Positions 1 to 14,261 of a stretch of DNA of 53,926 bases are shown here, piece after piece. The translations under genes were made by a program, and so were the position numbers. The stretch comes from Parasitella parasitica NRRL 2501. Lineage: Eukaryota > Fungi > Mucoromycota. Numbering within the stretch: position 1 is the stretch's first letter; each line of letters starts with the position of its first letter. Location of the stretch: assembly GCA_025201805.1 (NCBI GenBank), contig MU619306.1, positions 113,274 to 167,199 of the forward strand, given 5' to 3'. The notes beneath the pieces were generated by a model, which was given only the letters and a program-made list of their open reading frames with translations, did no database searches and was not told the DNA's origin.

Positions 1-1806
1 ACCTCTTTTCCTGCTTAAACACATAACTTGCAATTACTGATGTCTTTGCAAACTAGTAAGCGATGGAGACACAATTTTCAGCCAAAATATTTCCCGTATG
101 AACTATTCTACAATATATTCAATTCTCAAACATTTCTGACCATGATTCGGATTCTGCGATGTTTGGACCCCAAACCTCATATTCGATTTTCAATTTTCAA
201 CTTTGGGGCAATCTTTAGGGTCATTTTTAGGTACGATTTTGGGGTCCAAGGCAAGTATGCATCCAAGTACTAGTACAATAACTGTACGTCACCACGCTCT
301 CTGAATGCCAATATCTATCTTAGTTGTCGAGATACTGCCAAAACAAGATTTTGCAGATATATTTTATAGCAAGCTATACGGATAATGATTAAGCAAGATT
401 AGGCTTTGGTATACAGTAAATAGAGAAGATATTATTCAGAAAGTTTTTATCACGTTAAAATAACACAGTTACACAACATTTTGCTCTGCGCTTTACTGTA
501 TATGGGGAATGTTATGTCGAAAGTCTGATAAAATAAATCTGCCAAAGAATTACACTTTTACTCATAATACATCTCTCGATGTATTATATACACATTCATT
601 ACACTAGGGTTCTACTGTCTAACTGCATAATGTAAATCATGACTACTCATGATTTACTGTAAGACCCTGGGACTGATCTGAGATCCTGATGTGAGACCTT
701 GCCATGTTATTGATATAACAAATGTGTTAATTTGTCGTTGTTTAATTTTAGGATTTAAGGAGCAGCAAATCATGCTGAAATGCTTTTACCATTGATAGAG
801 ATTTGCGTAATAATGTTAGTTGGCCGTGTGAGGATGAATATCATCAAATTATACTTATTCTGTGAAAGATATCCTTATCCAGAATAATAGGAAAAACTCA
901 TTGAATGACGAGCTGTCATAATTGATGTCTTTGTCATTATTTATTGATATTCTGAATGCTTATAATGTAAGGGAAAGCTCTTTGATCAGGAGTGTTATCC
1001 TTCACACGACATTGATTGATGATGTCTTGGATTATATTTGTAGTGCGTTTTGATTTATATAACTTCACATGTTATGCGAACTCGAATGGGATGAACTCTC
1101 TATGTGTGACATTTGAGTCTGAATCTTTCAGATATGCGTGATGTGTCAATTTTCCAACCGGAAGTCAAACTCAAGTAAACTCAATACTGAACAACATATC
1201 CCAATAGATCATGTTCCTTATTTATAGCTCAACTTGACATGTTCATGGACAATAGATACAATCTATCGTTCCATTCTCTAAATCACACCATGTCTCACAC
1301 CTGTATCTTATCCTCCCATCAATCCACTTAGATTCACTAGTATATAAACCATCATTTTTTCCATGTAATAAACGAGATATTTACCTAATTGATTCACAAC
1401 CGCTTTATTTGAATAATTTCTCATTCTGAGAAATCAGTAACCATGGCATTCTATGGACGCAACAGTGTTGCTCCAAAAAGGCATGAGATTAAGTAATTAT
1501 TAGATTGGTATTTCTTTGAATACGATGACAAGGAATAAACTATTTATGCACAATATAAGATATAATTAACTTTGTGGAATCGATTTAAGTTGTTATATGG
1601 ATAAAAAAACAATAATGTCAACTTGATAAAGGTATAGGAGGTTTTTATTATCAAATCGACAGGTGTATAAAGCTCAAGTTCATCTACTGGCCAGGTAGAT
1701 GAACCTTTATATACTTAAACTGTGGATAATTGTTCTACTCTCGCAATTTAACATGCACGGCAATACTGCGTAACTATAGCTCCTTAACTTTGTGTGAGAT
1801 GACAAG

Positions 1807-2301
1807 TTAATGCAAGTTCTCCACAAAATCCTTCCTGCCTTTTATTTCTAGTGAGTTTTTTTTTTTCAATTTTTTGAAGGATATGCTTCCCTCTTCAGCA
1901 AGATTAGGAAAATTCTTGAAGAGCTTGTCTCTGATGATCTCTAACGTAAGCTGATGAGAGCCATCGTCCAGATCAGGCGGATAATCTACTTGGTGTGCTC
2001 TTCGGTGAGTTTTACGAGCGATTGAACTCGTTCTCCTCGCAACTTGTCTTTTACAGTTCCTCTTTTGATATATCGAATTGACGATATGATTAACTGTGTA
2101 CCAAGACAGATTAAAAAGTTTCGCAATTTTAACAATAGACAAGTCTTCATCAGGGTGCTTTTCAATGATGAGCTTCTTTACAGGGCCACTAATGTGAGTC
2201 TTTCTTCTTGTCCTTTGCTTTTTTGAGGAAAAAGTAGCAGAGTTATCATTATTAGCAGACATTTGAATAACGCTGGTACCGTATACTGTATCGGGTTGCA
2301 A
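1807..2301 (-). pseudogene. Tc1/IS630-like transposase N-terminal (HTH) remnant
   Basis: HTH-like 'LSIVKIAKLFNLSWYTVNHIV' and 'LTLEIIRDKLFKNFP' resemble fungal Tc1/IS630 N-termini. No DDE domain; appears frameshifted. Confidence 0.55.
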
Positions 2302-2614
2302 GATTTTGATCTTTTTTTAAAACTTTAGAGTTTGTAGACCACTGTAAAGCAAAGATAATAGTAGTGCTGATAAGGTTACGAGTGCTACATGTAATAAACT
2401 TTTTTAAAGTCTCATTGTCAAGAATGTCAACTATAGACCATGTTAATCTGCAGTACTTTTAATAGAATTAAGGTGTAGGGTATATCATGTTATGCGATGA
2501 TACGATAGCGAAATCATTTTATACGCTGCGTTTGAAAGCGAACTCTCTAACCCCTAATCAAAAAGTTGACTCACGCGCGCTTTTCCTCCTTACTGTCAGT
2601 CATCATCATTCAAC

Positions 2615-3460
<846 letters not shown>

Positions 3461-3589
3461 TGATAATAATAATAAATGACTTTGAGTAATACATGCTTTT
3501 GTGTGTATCTGAGTCTGTGTATACTTCTGCTTGGGGTAAGTCTGCTCTGACTGTGCCCAACGAGAGAGCGTGGGGGGAAGGAATTTAGC

Positions 3590-5983
3590 TTATTTGCTAG
3601 CGGTATATTGTCTCATCATATCCAATTCTTTGTGATTATTTCGACCATTAGGCTGACCACCTGGTCCACCCAACGGAGACGTGGCAGAGGTAGGAGAACT
3701 TCCTGTACCTGAAGAGTTTTTCAAAAGCGATTGGAAAAAATTGGCCAAAACTTCATGAGAGGGTGCATTTTGTTGACTAGAGTTTGTCGATAATGCCGGG
3801 GCAGTAGAAGCTAAAGCGGCAGCTGCGGGTGCACCTGCAGTTGATACTGGCATGACACTGTTGGCTCCAGTTGGAGATAAGGGTGATGCCATATGGCCAT
3901 TTTTATTATTGATGCCTTTCATGAGTAGCTTTTCCAAGCTTAGATCCTGTGTATGTAGTTTATATCAGTATGTGCGTGTGTATGTGTACATGAACCTGTG
4001 GGGTTTGTATTTTTTTTGTTTTGTTCAAATACCTTCTTTCGAACATGCTTGTCTAAGTGGCTGCCATTCTCTACAGGTGTTGCTATGGGAAACGCTGTTG
4101 CTGCCGCCGCTGCTGCTGCTACTGTTCCTGGCAGTGTTGCTGTAGTTTCTGGCAGTGACGTTGTTGTCATGGCTGATGCACTGTTTCCGCCACTTCGCAT
4201 CATATGTTGGAGTGCTGCAACAGGAGACTGGCTCAAAGGACCCACAATGCCGGGTCTAGCAATGTCACCGCCGTTGCTAAGGTGCTTTGATTCCTGGTTC
4301 TTTTGCAGTTTTTCATAATGGCGATCGTAAAACGATTGCTCGTCTTCACAGAAGGTTGTGATAGGTATATTGTATTGCGGCTGAATCTCTGACTCGCCGT
4401 TGGGTATAGCTTCTTCATATGTGCCTCTTGCACCTGTATTTCCGGGTTTTTGTCGATCAATGACAGCATCCATATCTGCATCCCAGCCTTCACTTACATG
4501 ATCGCAATCAAAGCCTTCTCTTAAAACTTTAATTTTGTTCCAAGAGTCCCATCCTGAAGGCACAAGTACTGTATCACGTTCAATGACTTGAGCTTTGAGG
4601 CGAAACTTGTATGGTTTGGCATGCGTAGTCAATGTGCGATGAAGGATATATTCACGAAGGTTATGGAATGTGTACGGATGAAGCGTTGATGTATAGAATA
4701 ATGCTGCACCATCTATGCATACACTTGGTTATGCAAAAGCGAGGTAATGTTTAAACAAGAAAAAACCTTACATTTCATACAGATGCATCGCAGCGTTTGT
4801 TGGATAAAGTCAAATTGATCGTCTTTGTAATCATGCGTTTGCTCCAACTTGTTGATTGCGTCGCTCTACGGTGAATTTATATTTATTAGTACAGCCAAGA
4901 ATTCACGCGATATTCCATTACGTACCTTGCAGCAGACGATGGTGATGGGCAAACCCAGATTGTTTGTCAAGCAGCCATTAGTTAGAGGCAGCATGACCTG
5001 GTCTACTGAGGTAGAGGCATTGCTGTTATTGACTAGAGGCGTGCTGCTGGCCATAGTGGAAAATACCGAGCTCGTTGAAGTGGAGGCAGTGAGAATGATG
5101 TTATTGTTTATGAACGACGGTTCTGTATAAGTCTGTAAATAATGTTCCACTACATGATCCATAAAAAAGTTCAGTCTATGTGAAACTTACCCCTCTTCGC
5201 TAAACTTACATTTTTCTTTGATTTCATCGACAACTGCTCTTCCTTTGCTCCAATTTGTATCGGTGGCTATTCCTTCCTTGCAAATTTCATCAATCAAGTA
5301 ATGCAGCACATTGATCCATCGCTCCAGTGTCTCTAGAAACTTCCAAGGACGCGTCCAGTCAATCAGTAACAGGACGCACGAATCAACGATAGTTTCCGCC
5401 CTGATTGCAAACTTTAACAGTGGCAAAAACTCTGGAGACGCAAGGCTTAGCTGATACAAACCAAGTCTTGCAATGGCTGCAAATATAGCATTATTTATTA
5501 CAGGCTCAAAAAAAAAAAGTTTGTACTACAATACCTTCATTTTCTTCATCTTTGACATCTACAAATGAATATCCCAGGGCCAAATCAATCGTTTCATCGT
5601 TCTGAAATTGCCCGGCCAGATTGTTGCTTGGTTGGGCATAGTTGTTATGATTGACGCTAAAAGGCGCCGGATGCTCATTATGATCAAATTTGGGTATTTG
5701 CTGTGGTCCTGGATCATTTTTCAAAAAATGTACCAGTGTTGACTTCCCAACGCCGGGCTCCCCTATAAGATTTTGCTTGGTTACCAAGGGACAAAAGAAG
5801 AAAAAAAAAGCAAGACAAACCTAGAATCAAGACATTCTTTGTGGGCACTATCTTGGATGAAGCTACACCCTTCAATATGCCTGACCAAAGTTCTTCTTTC
5901 TCGGGCATAAAAGTCCTTTGATATTGTTGCGTCAAGTTTGACTGGGTTGAAACACTTTGTGAAGGTGTTACTGAAGATAGCAT
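3590..5983 (-). CDS. Cytoplasmic dynein light intermediate chain, multi-exon
   Basis: EELWSGILKGV, P-loop GEPGVGKST, LLIDWTRPW, NLGLPITIVCCK, VPSGWDSWNKIKVL and C-terminal EVLANFFQSLL helix typical of DLIC. Confidence 0.92.
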
Positions 5984-6843
5984 GTTTGCGTTTTGGAGGA
6001 AGTTAGAAGGAAAAAAAGAGAGAGAGAGAAAGAAAAGCAACAAAATAAGCTCGAGAACCCCTTTTTGCTTTGCCTTTATATATATACATTTATATATATC
6101 TCGTATGTACGCATATAAATAAGCACAGCACAAGACATGTGTGAAACTCTAAATAGCATCTATTTTTTGGACTCGCAGACAAACGTGCATACACACACGA
6201 CATGAAAAGTTTTAAACTTTTTTTTCCAGTTTGGTTCCAGATGAAGAGTTTCTTGTACGGATGTCGAGTTGGCCAAACTAGATACTCGTGCTGAAGATCC
6301 CTTTTTTCATTGATCAGTCTCGGAATCAAAAATTATGCGAGATGAACTTGCCTGTTCAAGAAGCCTTCTTCTTGCTGTTGACCCTGCGTATTTTGCAACA
6401 ACTTCTGATACCATATATAGTTTGCACAGTGATTTAAGATGCTCGCTTTTTCTTTTCTTTTTTTTTTCACACCAGGGCCACAGAAATCAGTTGGTTGAGA
6501 TGCAATCACTAGTGCAGTGAGACGAATATTCTGTAAAGAGCTGTTGCTGATTGGGAGTAGCAATACAAGTGAATAAAGTATATGTGGCTTCTCAGTTTGC
6601 CTCTCAGATGGATGAGCTTACCCCATCGCTTGTCAAGTCAATTTTTAATATCTACGTAATGATACTGCTAATCCAAATTCTTGTATAGTTTATGTGAACT
6701 CCCCCAATCTCCCCCCCCCCCCCCCCAACACCCATCTCACACACACAAACACGCACACAAAACGGAATGGCTTTTTAAAATATATTCTCCACTCTGTTCC
6801 TTTCCTTGCAATCCGAAAAATAAAAATTAAATAAAATAAAGAA

Positions 6844-8469
6844 ATGTATCGAAGACGAATCCCTAAGGTTGATGAAAAGCCGAAAATCCCAGATAACCTC
6901 GAGGAATTTGGCTATGTCTTGAAAGAGAATGGAGAATTGCGCAGTAACAATGAAGGTAACTAAATGCAAAAGACGGAAAAACACGAAAACGACAGGATTG
7001 ACATATTTGCGTAGCGGACCAGCCCTACGTGTTCGATTATCTACCCAAAGATAAACCTTACAACGAAGATCGCTATGATAAGTTTATGGGTAACATCAAG
7101 GATTGTTTGTGATGAATGAGCGCTATTTCTTATTCTATACGTGTAGAGCTTGTTGGAGATATTGTGGAGGATCGTCTTCAACAGGAACCTTTCAACTTTC
7201 AAAAGGTACTTGTCCCTAGTGGTGCAGATCCCGCCAAGGATGTTCATTCATACATCTACATGACGTGAGTCTTTTTTTTTTTTTTCCTTTTCGAATGTCG
7301 CATAGCGGCTAACATTGACACTGATTAGACCAAACGCTATGACCACCACAGGGAAGTTAATGGTCATGATCCCAGGAATCAGCACGAGGTATATAATGTA
7401 CATGCAGTGCACTGAAATACGTTTCACTGATGCAGAGCAACACTGATAGAATTGGACAATGGAGTCAACGAATTATGTGTGATACGAATATCCAGGTACG
7501 TGCCTAATATATGGTTATTATGCAATAAACGCCAAACCAGCATGTGTGTAGTCTGGATCCATGATGGAGATCAGCGAGATGGTGTTTGAAAAAGGCTACG
7601 AGGTTATTATCTTGAATCCAAATGCCAACTTCTGGTACAATGGTCGTGCAAATATGGTGCCTCAGAAACACACGAGTGTTGTGGTTACTGTTCCTGGTAA
7701 AACGACGAATATTTGCATGAGAGCAGAATAGAAAAACTAAAAAAAAAAGTGCATTCGATAGATAGTGACACACCTGAGGCACACTGCCAGTATGTTTTCC
7801 ACAACTTTGTCCGGTAAGACACTCCCTAAAACAGATATGAAATGCTCTACAACTCTATCTTACATGCATTGTTTTCTTTTCGGGATGTGTAGACATGCGA
7901 AGGCGGAAAAGGTAGCCATCATTGCCAACGGCTGGGGAGCACACGGTTTCGTTCTTACCTTGAACACTGAATGTAAGTAATCTTGTAGACCAGCTTGTAT
8001 CTGATTTTGGGGGGCTAATACGGACAACGTTGATCAAAAAGTCGATTATATCAAAGACCATGTCAAGGCGGTTGCAATGACGAATTCTGTACACATGAAG
8101 GACGCAGTCAAAGGCGAAAAGGAACGCGCTTTTGTGTATAATGTAAGCTACATTTAATATTACTTGCATGGGAAGCAATGGTGATATAACCACTCTGCTG
8201 GATAGAACTGCTGCAACTGGTCGGCTTCAGTCGATAAAAAAGGAACGCTCGTGCCAGATATTCGTCTAGGCTGCACAAACATTGCGTCAGGAGAAGCGAT
8301 TGCTGACTATACCTTGCCGACCATGCTGAAGGATATCATGAACTACATTTTCGTTCGAATGGGAGACATCGAGTGGGAGAGCGAGTCAGATGATGATGAA
8401 CCCAAGGAATTAACAGAGGAGGATTTAGAAGTATTATCTCAAATCGATGTTTTGAGCACCAATGCATAA
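6844..8469 (+). CDS. Arb2-domain / FAM172A-like protein, many small exons
   Basis: ATG 6844 MYRRRIPKVDEKPKIPDNLEEFGYVLKENGELR; later exons give KLMVMIPG, RIGQWSQR, YEVIILNPN, HCQYVFHNF and AIIANGWGAHG, matching the Arb2/FAM172 alpha/beta-hydrolase-like pattern. Confidence 0.75.
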
Positions 8470-9645
8470 TATCGCCATAAACAGCTTTTAAATAAACATA
8501 CACATTTGTAGCACAGTGCTTCCTCGCTTGCTGCTGCGGATGCTGCTGTACATTATAACCGTTATACATGGATAGATTCGTCTTGGCACCATGATGCGAG
8601 GCTGCTTCCATTCTATCTTTTTCCGGAGCAGGAACAACTAAAGAGAGGAGGGGGGGTGGTGAAGCAAATGACCAAAAAACAGTGTATCATTGTTTTGATT
8701 TAGGTTAGTTTCTCATGCACCATTATGCGTGACCATCGTGTCGTTATCAATGAACATACAAACATCAACCCGTAGCACTTTTTGCTGTTTTTGCAATGTG
8801 TATTTTCTTGTCGCAGCAGCGAACGCATCGTCAATGGTAATACATGGCAAACACAAACTCCCCCGCGTCAACAAAGAAACATGCATTTTTACAAGGCTAA
8901 AAGAGAAGGAAGAGTCTGCCTTGTTTGTGGATGTTTAAAAAAAAGTGTGTTTGCAGTATTGTACTGCTGCATCACCTTGCATTGCATCTTCTTTCTTAAT
9001 ATCAAATTATTCTACACTCACAATTCTTTTACGTGAACCCAAAGATTGAGATGTTGTTGTTTTTATTGCTGAGATATGATGACGGTTCACAAGGTCATTC
9101 CCCTTTTTCCTTTATTTTTATTTATTTATTTTTGGTTTATAGTCAATGTTGCAGCAAAAAAAAGAAAGAAAAAAAAACAAGCAGCCAGCTTAGCTTGGCT
9201 TGCTGTTGTCAACGTTTTAATTTAATACATGATGGAAAAGCAAGCTGGTTGTATTTAAATCACCACCGGCATAGAAGCAGTTTATAGAAACAGATGTCCA
9301 TAGATGGAAACAATAATAAGGGGGTTTGTATCTGGAGGGTGGGGGAAGAGGATGGGGCGTAATAGGGGATCAATACAGACGATTCCTTTAAGGAACGGAA
9401 AACCCGTTTAAACAGAGATATAGTATTCCGTCTTGTATAACAGATTGTACTGTTTGGTTGGTTCAGCACATATAAATAATATGCAGGTAAAGTCAACTGC
9501 TTTGCAGCATAAATAGTAAACAGACAGACAATCAATCATTGAAGCACTGAGTACGTAAATATTTCGCCACTGTAATTTAATATCATCACCACTATCATCC
9601 CCCTTCAGTTTTTCCGTATTAAAAGAAGCTTGATTTTCTTCCCTT

Positions 9646-9671
9646 TCTCCCTCTCTCTCTCTCTCTCTCTC
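9646..9671. repeat. (CT)n microsatellite upstream of the APSES gene
   Basis: ctccctctctctctctctctctctc run seen directly. Confidence 0.8.
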
Positions 9672-9803
9672 GCTTTCTCATTTTCTATTTCATAGGCACT
9701 CATTGCTGCAATTAAATCATCATACAAAAAAAGAGCGCATATACACTCTTTTTAAAGACCAAGGAATCACACATACACACATACACATATAGCATCAGAC
9801 AAC

Positions 9804-11744
9804 AGTAAGTACCCATATCCGTACATACATGTACACGGCATACATGAATATTAAAATTTTAATATAATCTTCATCAGTGGAAGGCATTTACCAAAACAAC
9901 CTGTACTCAAACGATAGCTACCCATATCAGCCGCAATATCGCTCCAGTGCATTTTCAGACGCTAGATCATGTCAACCCAACACAACCACTTCCACCACAG
10001 CATCACTATATCATTCGGCTGGTCTGAATAATACCCATCATAGCACCACTAATACTAATGAATTGCACAACCATCATCAGCATCAGCATCAGCATCACCA
10101 CCACACTGACTACCATAGCAACAGCCATCCCTCGGTTGGATGGTCGTCTTCGTCTTCATCCAACTTATCCTGGAATTCAAACACCCCCCCTCTTCCACCC
10201 CCTCTTCCCTCGTCTTCCAATTCCTCTCGTCATAATAGCTTTAGCTATGCATCGACCACTCCAATGCAAAGACCAAAATTAACTACCACCGTTTGGGAAG
10301 ACGAGGGCACTGTATGCTACCAAGTCGACGCAAAAAGCGTCTGTGTTGCTCGCCGTCAAGACAATGACATGATCAACGGCACCAAGCTTCTGAATGTTGT
10401 TGGTATGTCTCGAGGAAAAAGAGACGGCATCCTCAAGAACGAAAAGGGTCGTGTTGTTGTCAAAGTAGGTGCAATGCATCTCAAAGGTGTCTGGTAAGGT
10501 TAAATCCATTTAAATAACGGCCATGTGCACTAACCAAGGCACTACTACCCACAGGATCACTTTTACAAGAGCAAAAGATTTAGCTACAAAGTTCAAGATT
10601 GTAGATATTCTATACCCACTGTTTGTCGAGGATCCCTCGGTATTCTTATCGGTGCCTCCTCCTCCACCCACCTCTTCTGTCCATGTCAACGGCCCTGTTA
10701 CTGGCAACTCAATGAATGGAAATTTGCCCATCATGTTGCCACCGTCTAACCCTGCTGCTGCTGCCTCAAAATACAGCAACAACTTTGGTTCCTTTAACAT
10801 GCAATCCTGGGAAAAGCAGCCCTATCAGTCTCTCCCTAGTATTACAAACCAACAAGATCAAAGTACGTTGTTACTTATTTTATTGTATTTTTGGCACATG
10901 TTCTAAACGTTATCATTTCTTACACTATACAGTGCTTATTCGATCACAGCATCAACAACAACAGCAACAACAGCAACAGCACCATCATCACCAAAACCTA
11001 ACCCACGGTAGTGGTAGTTGTAGTCCTGTTCCTGGGAACATTGCCCCCATTTTATCATCAGCTGAAGAAAATGATCTTTATTTGTTAAATAACTCATACG
11101 ATTACCGTAATAACAATAGATCTGCTACTTCTACTGCCGCCTACAATAGTAACTCATATCATGTATATGAAAACCACCACAACAACAGTGGCGGTGCTAC
11201 TGAAAATAACAATTACTCTTCCCCTTATGAAAATACATCAAGTCCCTACGTCCAACAGCGCAAATTACATCATTCAGTCATTGACCATGTCGACAAGGAG
11301 CCTTACCATACTGAAAAACGTAGCAGCATTGATTTACCCACTAGCCCCCCACCAGAAGGCCTAAAATACACTGCTCCCCCTGTGTGGCCTGATGCAACAG
11401 CACCTCGTCTCAATGATCTCTCAGACAACACATCGTCAACAGCGGCCGACAGAAAAAGCTCTCCATTAGGTGTGTTTTTATTTGCAAAAGCATGTTTTTT
11501 TAACGTTATGTAGCTAACGCACGCCATATTGATTATAGGTTCTCCCTCAGGACTTCGAAATGCTAGCAATTCAGTCTTATCCGGCAACTCTCGCCATCCT
11601 CTTGCAAACGAATTTGATGAACAACAAGACGGTGCAACATCATTGTATAGCAACAAAAGTAAAAAGAGATCTCTTCAAGACATGGGCAGTAGCAACAGCG
11701 TCAGTCCTCAGAACAAGCGTATGAAAAATACTGCTTCTCCTTGA
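9804..11744 (+). CDS. APSES transcription factor (StuA/Sok2/Efg1 class)
   Basis: [59 protein letters not shown]...HLKGVW|[10 protein letters not shown] is a canonical APSES domain, with His/Gln/Ser-rich flanks. Start codon inferred from splicing of intron 9805-9877. Confidence 0.93.
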
Positions 11745-13153
11745 AAAATCATATACATACCATTTCATTGCTATCCATTATTATTATTTTTTTTTTTTAT
11801 TATTATTTATTATAACCGTATTTTCTATATCACACACCAACACTCTCACACACATATACACACACACAAATATTAGCAATAAAAATAAAAAAAACTAAAA
11901 GCAATTCTTATGTCTACTACTCATATGATGTGAAAATTATGTTTTGTCTAACGATGGTACCACCATGTCGTTAATGTCCAAAGTTATGTATTATACATGT
12001 GAGTCATTGGATCTTCAAAAATATGAACATATATGGCTGTTCTTCATGGGCTTGCACATGTAACTATCCAACTTTTTATATACATGTATATGTATATCAT
12101 TGTGAATTTTCATTGTACACGTCGAGCAGCAGAATGCTTGTACATGCTATGCTTCATTCTTTCTTACATATAATCGTACATATAGATCAACAGTACATCG
12201 CTTTTTTTTTTTGGACAAATTGTTTGTAATGTACTATACATGCAATCAAGTTTGAAACTGTAGACTATGTACATTTTCACGTTACCTACGGCTTAACTTC
12301 CGGCTCATTGGTGTAACTCTTTGTATTTGTTTGGTAAAACATTATGCGACTCAAACAAGTATCTACATACATTTTGTTGCTAAAGTGCAGCAAAAGGGAA
12401 AGTTTGCTCCTGAAGCTTTAGTAGCTAGTAATGGTATTTCCACCATGGATTTATTTTTATTCTCACTTTGCGTTACATCAACAAGACGTTACTTGAAAGT
12501 TTTACAAGATACAGACACATTTGCGATATACGAATGGATAGTCACTGGAAAAAAGAAGGTTGTTGAAATAGATTATTATCAATTATTACCAGGGTTCAGC
12601 AACGCTATTACTAGGTTTTTTTTTTTTTAATTGTTTGTGTTTAGAACAATTCAGAATATAGTAAACATTTGTCTTGTGATTTATCTTGTAATAATAAAAG
12701 CATTTACGTAATATTCAATGTCAAGATACCTACATAAAGAAAAAATGTAGCATTTGCGAGTTTCAATGGTGTGTCTTGAATTCATGTACCATCGATCTCA
12801 GCATGTGAGGCTCTCTGTAAATCATTAAAAATACTAGCCTAACTACATTTCAGCATATTACCCGCTTTCAGTCAAATCAACTTGCATCAGTCAGATGGGT
12901 TTATCTAAAGAAACGAATAAATTATACACTCTTTTCGGAAAGTAAATTCGTCATCGGTCGAAAACAAATGCACACTGAATCGAGAACATGAATTCATTCG
13001 AAAATTCATGTTGTATAAAATGTAAATTGGCCTCGGATGCCCGTGTTGCCAAGATTATTTTGTAGTACAAGCCTTGGCATATTTGAGTATATAAATGCAT
13101 CCCAAATGCTATCTTTTTTTTTATTTCTTTTTCACAATTACACCTGAAATTAT

Positions 13154-13842
13154 ATGACAATGAACATTCAGTTTTTGTATGAAAATGGAAAAGGTTCTGC
13201 TGTCGATGAGTACGGCAGGCCTGAGCCAATGGATTATATTGTTGATGAGGAGCAGTTTCGACTCGAAACGTTGAGTTCTCATACACAATATATAGATCAA
13301 CTGCATTTGGAGAGCGAGAAAATGATAGGGACAATGCAGATCGAAGAGGTGAAACCTAGTAACGATGTTAAAATGAAAGAAACATCAATGATATGAAGTT
13401 ACACCCACTACTCTGATCAGGACAAAGTGAGGTTCTTCAAACTGTTATTTGAGAGATGTCTGAGTGCTGCAGCTGCAGCAAAACATCTAGGGACTCACGT
13501 TCGTACAGGACAAAAATGGGTTGCACAATACGAGAAGGATCCTGACAACATCTTTGAGAAACGGAGAAAAGCTGGCCACCCACTTATTCTCCATGAGGAA
13601 CACAAAAATACTATTCTCGAGTGTATAGACGAGAATCCTTCCGTCGTCTTGGACGAAATAATGAAAAAGTTAAAGCAAACATTTACAGAATTAAAAGTAT
13701 CCAAAACTACTTCTTTCGATTTTGTAAAAAGCAATTGCAATTTGTCTCTCAAACAAGCTCGGCTTCAGCCCATAGACCCGAAACAGCGAAGAAAAGATTC
13801 AAGAGCGCTTGGATTGGATTCGTAAATGGGATAAAACAGATA
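13154..13842 (+). pseudogene. Tc1/IS630-family transposase, 5' part (premature stop, frameshift, truncated before the DDE domain)
   Basis: In-frame ORFs 13154-13396 and 13427-13825 are separated by TGA. HTH 'LSAAAAAKHLGTHVRTGQKW'; a frameshift leads to RNSEEKIQERLDWIRKWDKTDM, cut where the TIR at 13843 begins. Confidence 0.8.
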
Positions 13843-13885
13843 TGGTGTCAGAAACTTAAAAAAAAAAAAAGACCAATGGGACAGG

Positions 13886-14239
13886 ATAGCCTATGATGTA
13901 GCCTATGATATAGGTCATAGGCTATATCATAGGCTATATCGTAGGCTATATCATAGGCTATATCGTAGGCTATATCATAGGCTATATCGTAGNNNNNNNN
14001 NNNNNNNNNNNNNNNNNNNNNNNNNNNNNNNNNNNNNNNNNNNNNNNNNNNNNNNNNNNNNNNNNNNNNNNNNNNNNNNNNNNNNNNNNNNNNNNNNNNN
14101 NNNNNNNNNNNNNNNNNNNNNNNNNNNTATCGTAGGCTATATCATAGGCTATATCGTAGACTATATCATAGGCTATAGCATAGGCTATATCATAGGCTAT
14201 AGCATAGGCTACATCATAGCCTATGGCATAGCCTATGAT
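13886..14239. repeat. 12-bp tandem array (ATATCATAGGCT / ATATCGTAGGCT) within the left TIR; spans an N gap
   Basis: Directly visible; true copy number unknown because of Ns at 13993-14127. Confidence 0.95.
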
Positions 14240-14261
14240 CGAGGTTGCCATTGGCCATTAC

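Noticed and set aside
2568-2586. TGACTCACGCGCGC as an MCB/E2F cell-cycle element for dTMP kinase
   Set aside because: Only the ACGCG core matches; neither full consensus is present.
13886-14239. CRISPR-like array, or the coding repeat ORF 13982-14251 (YDIA)n
   Set aside because: Contiguous 12-mers with no unique spacers, in a eukaryotic context with no cas genes. The ORF is just a translation of the repeat.
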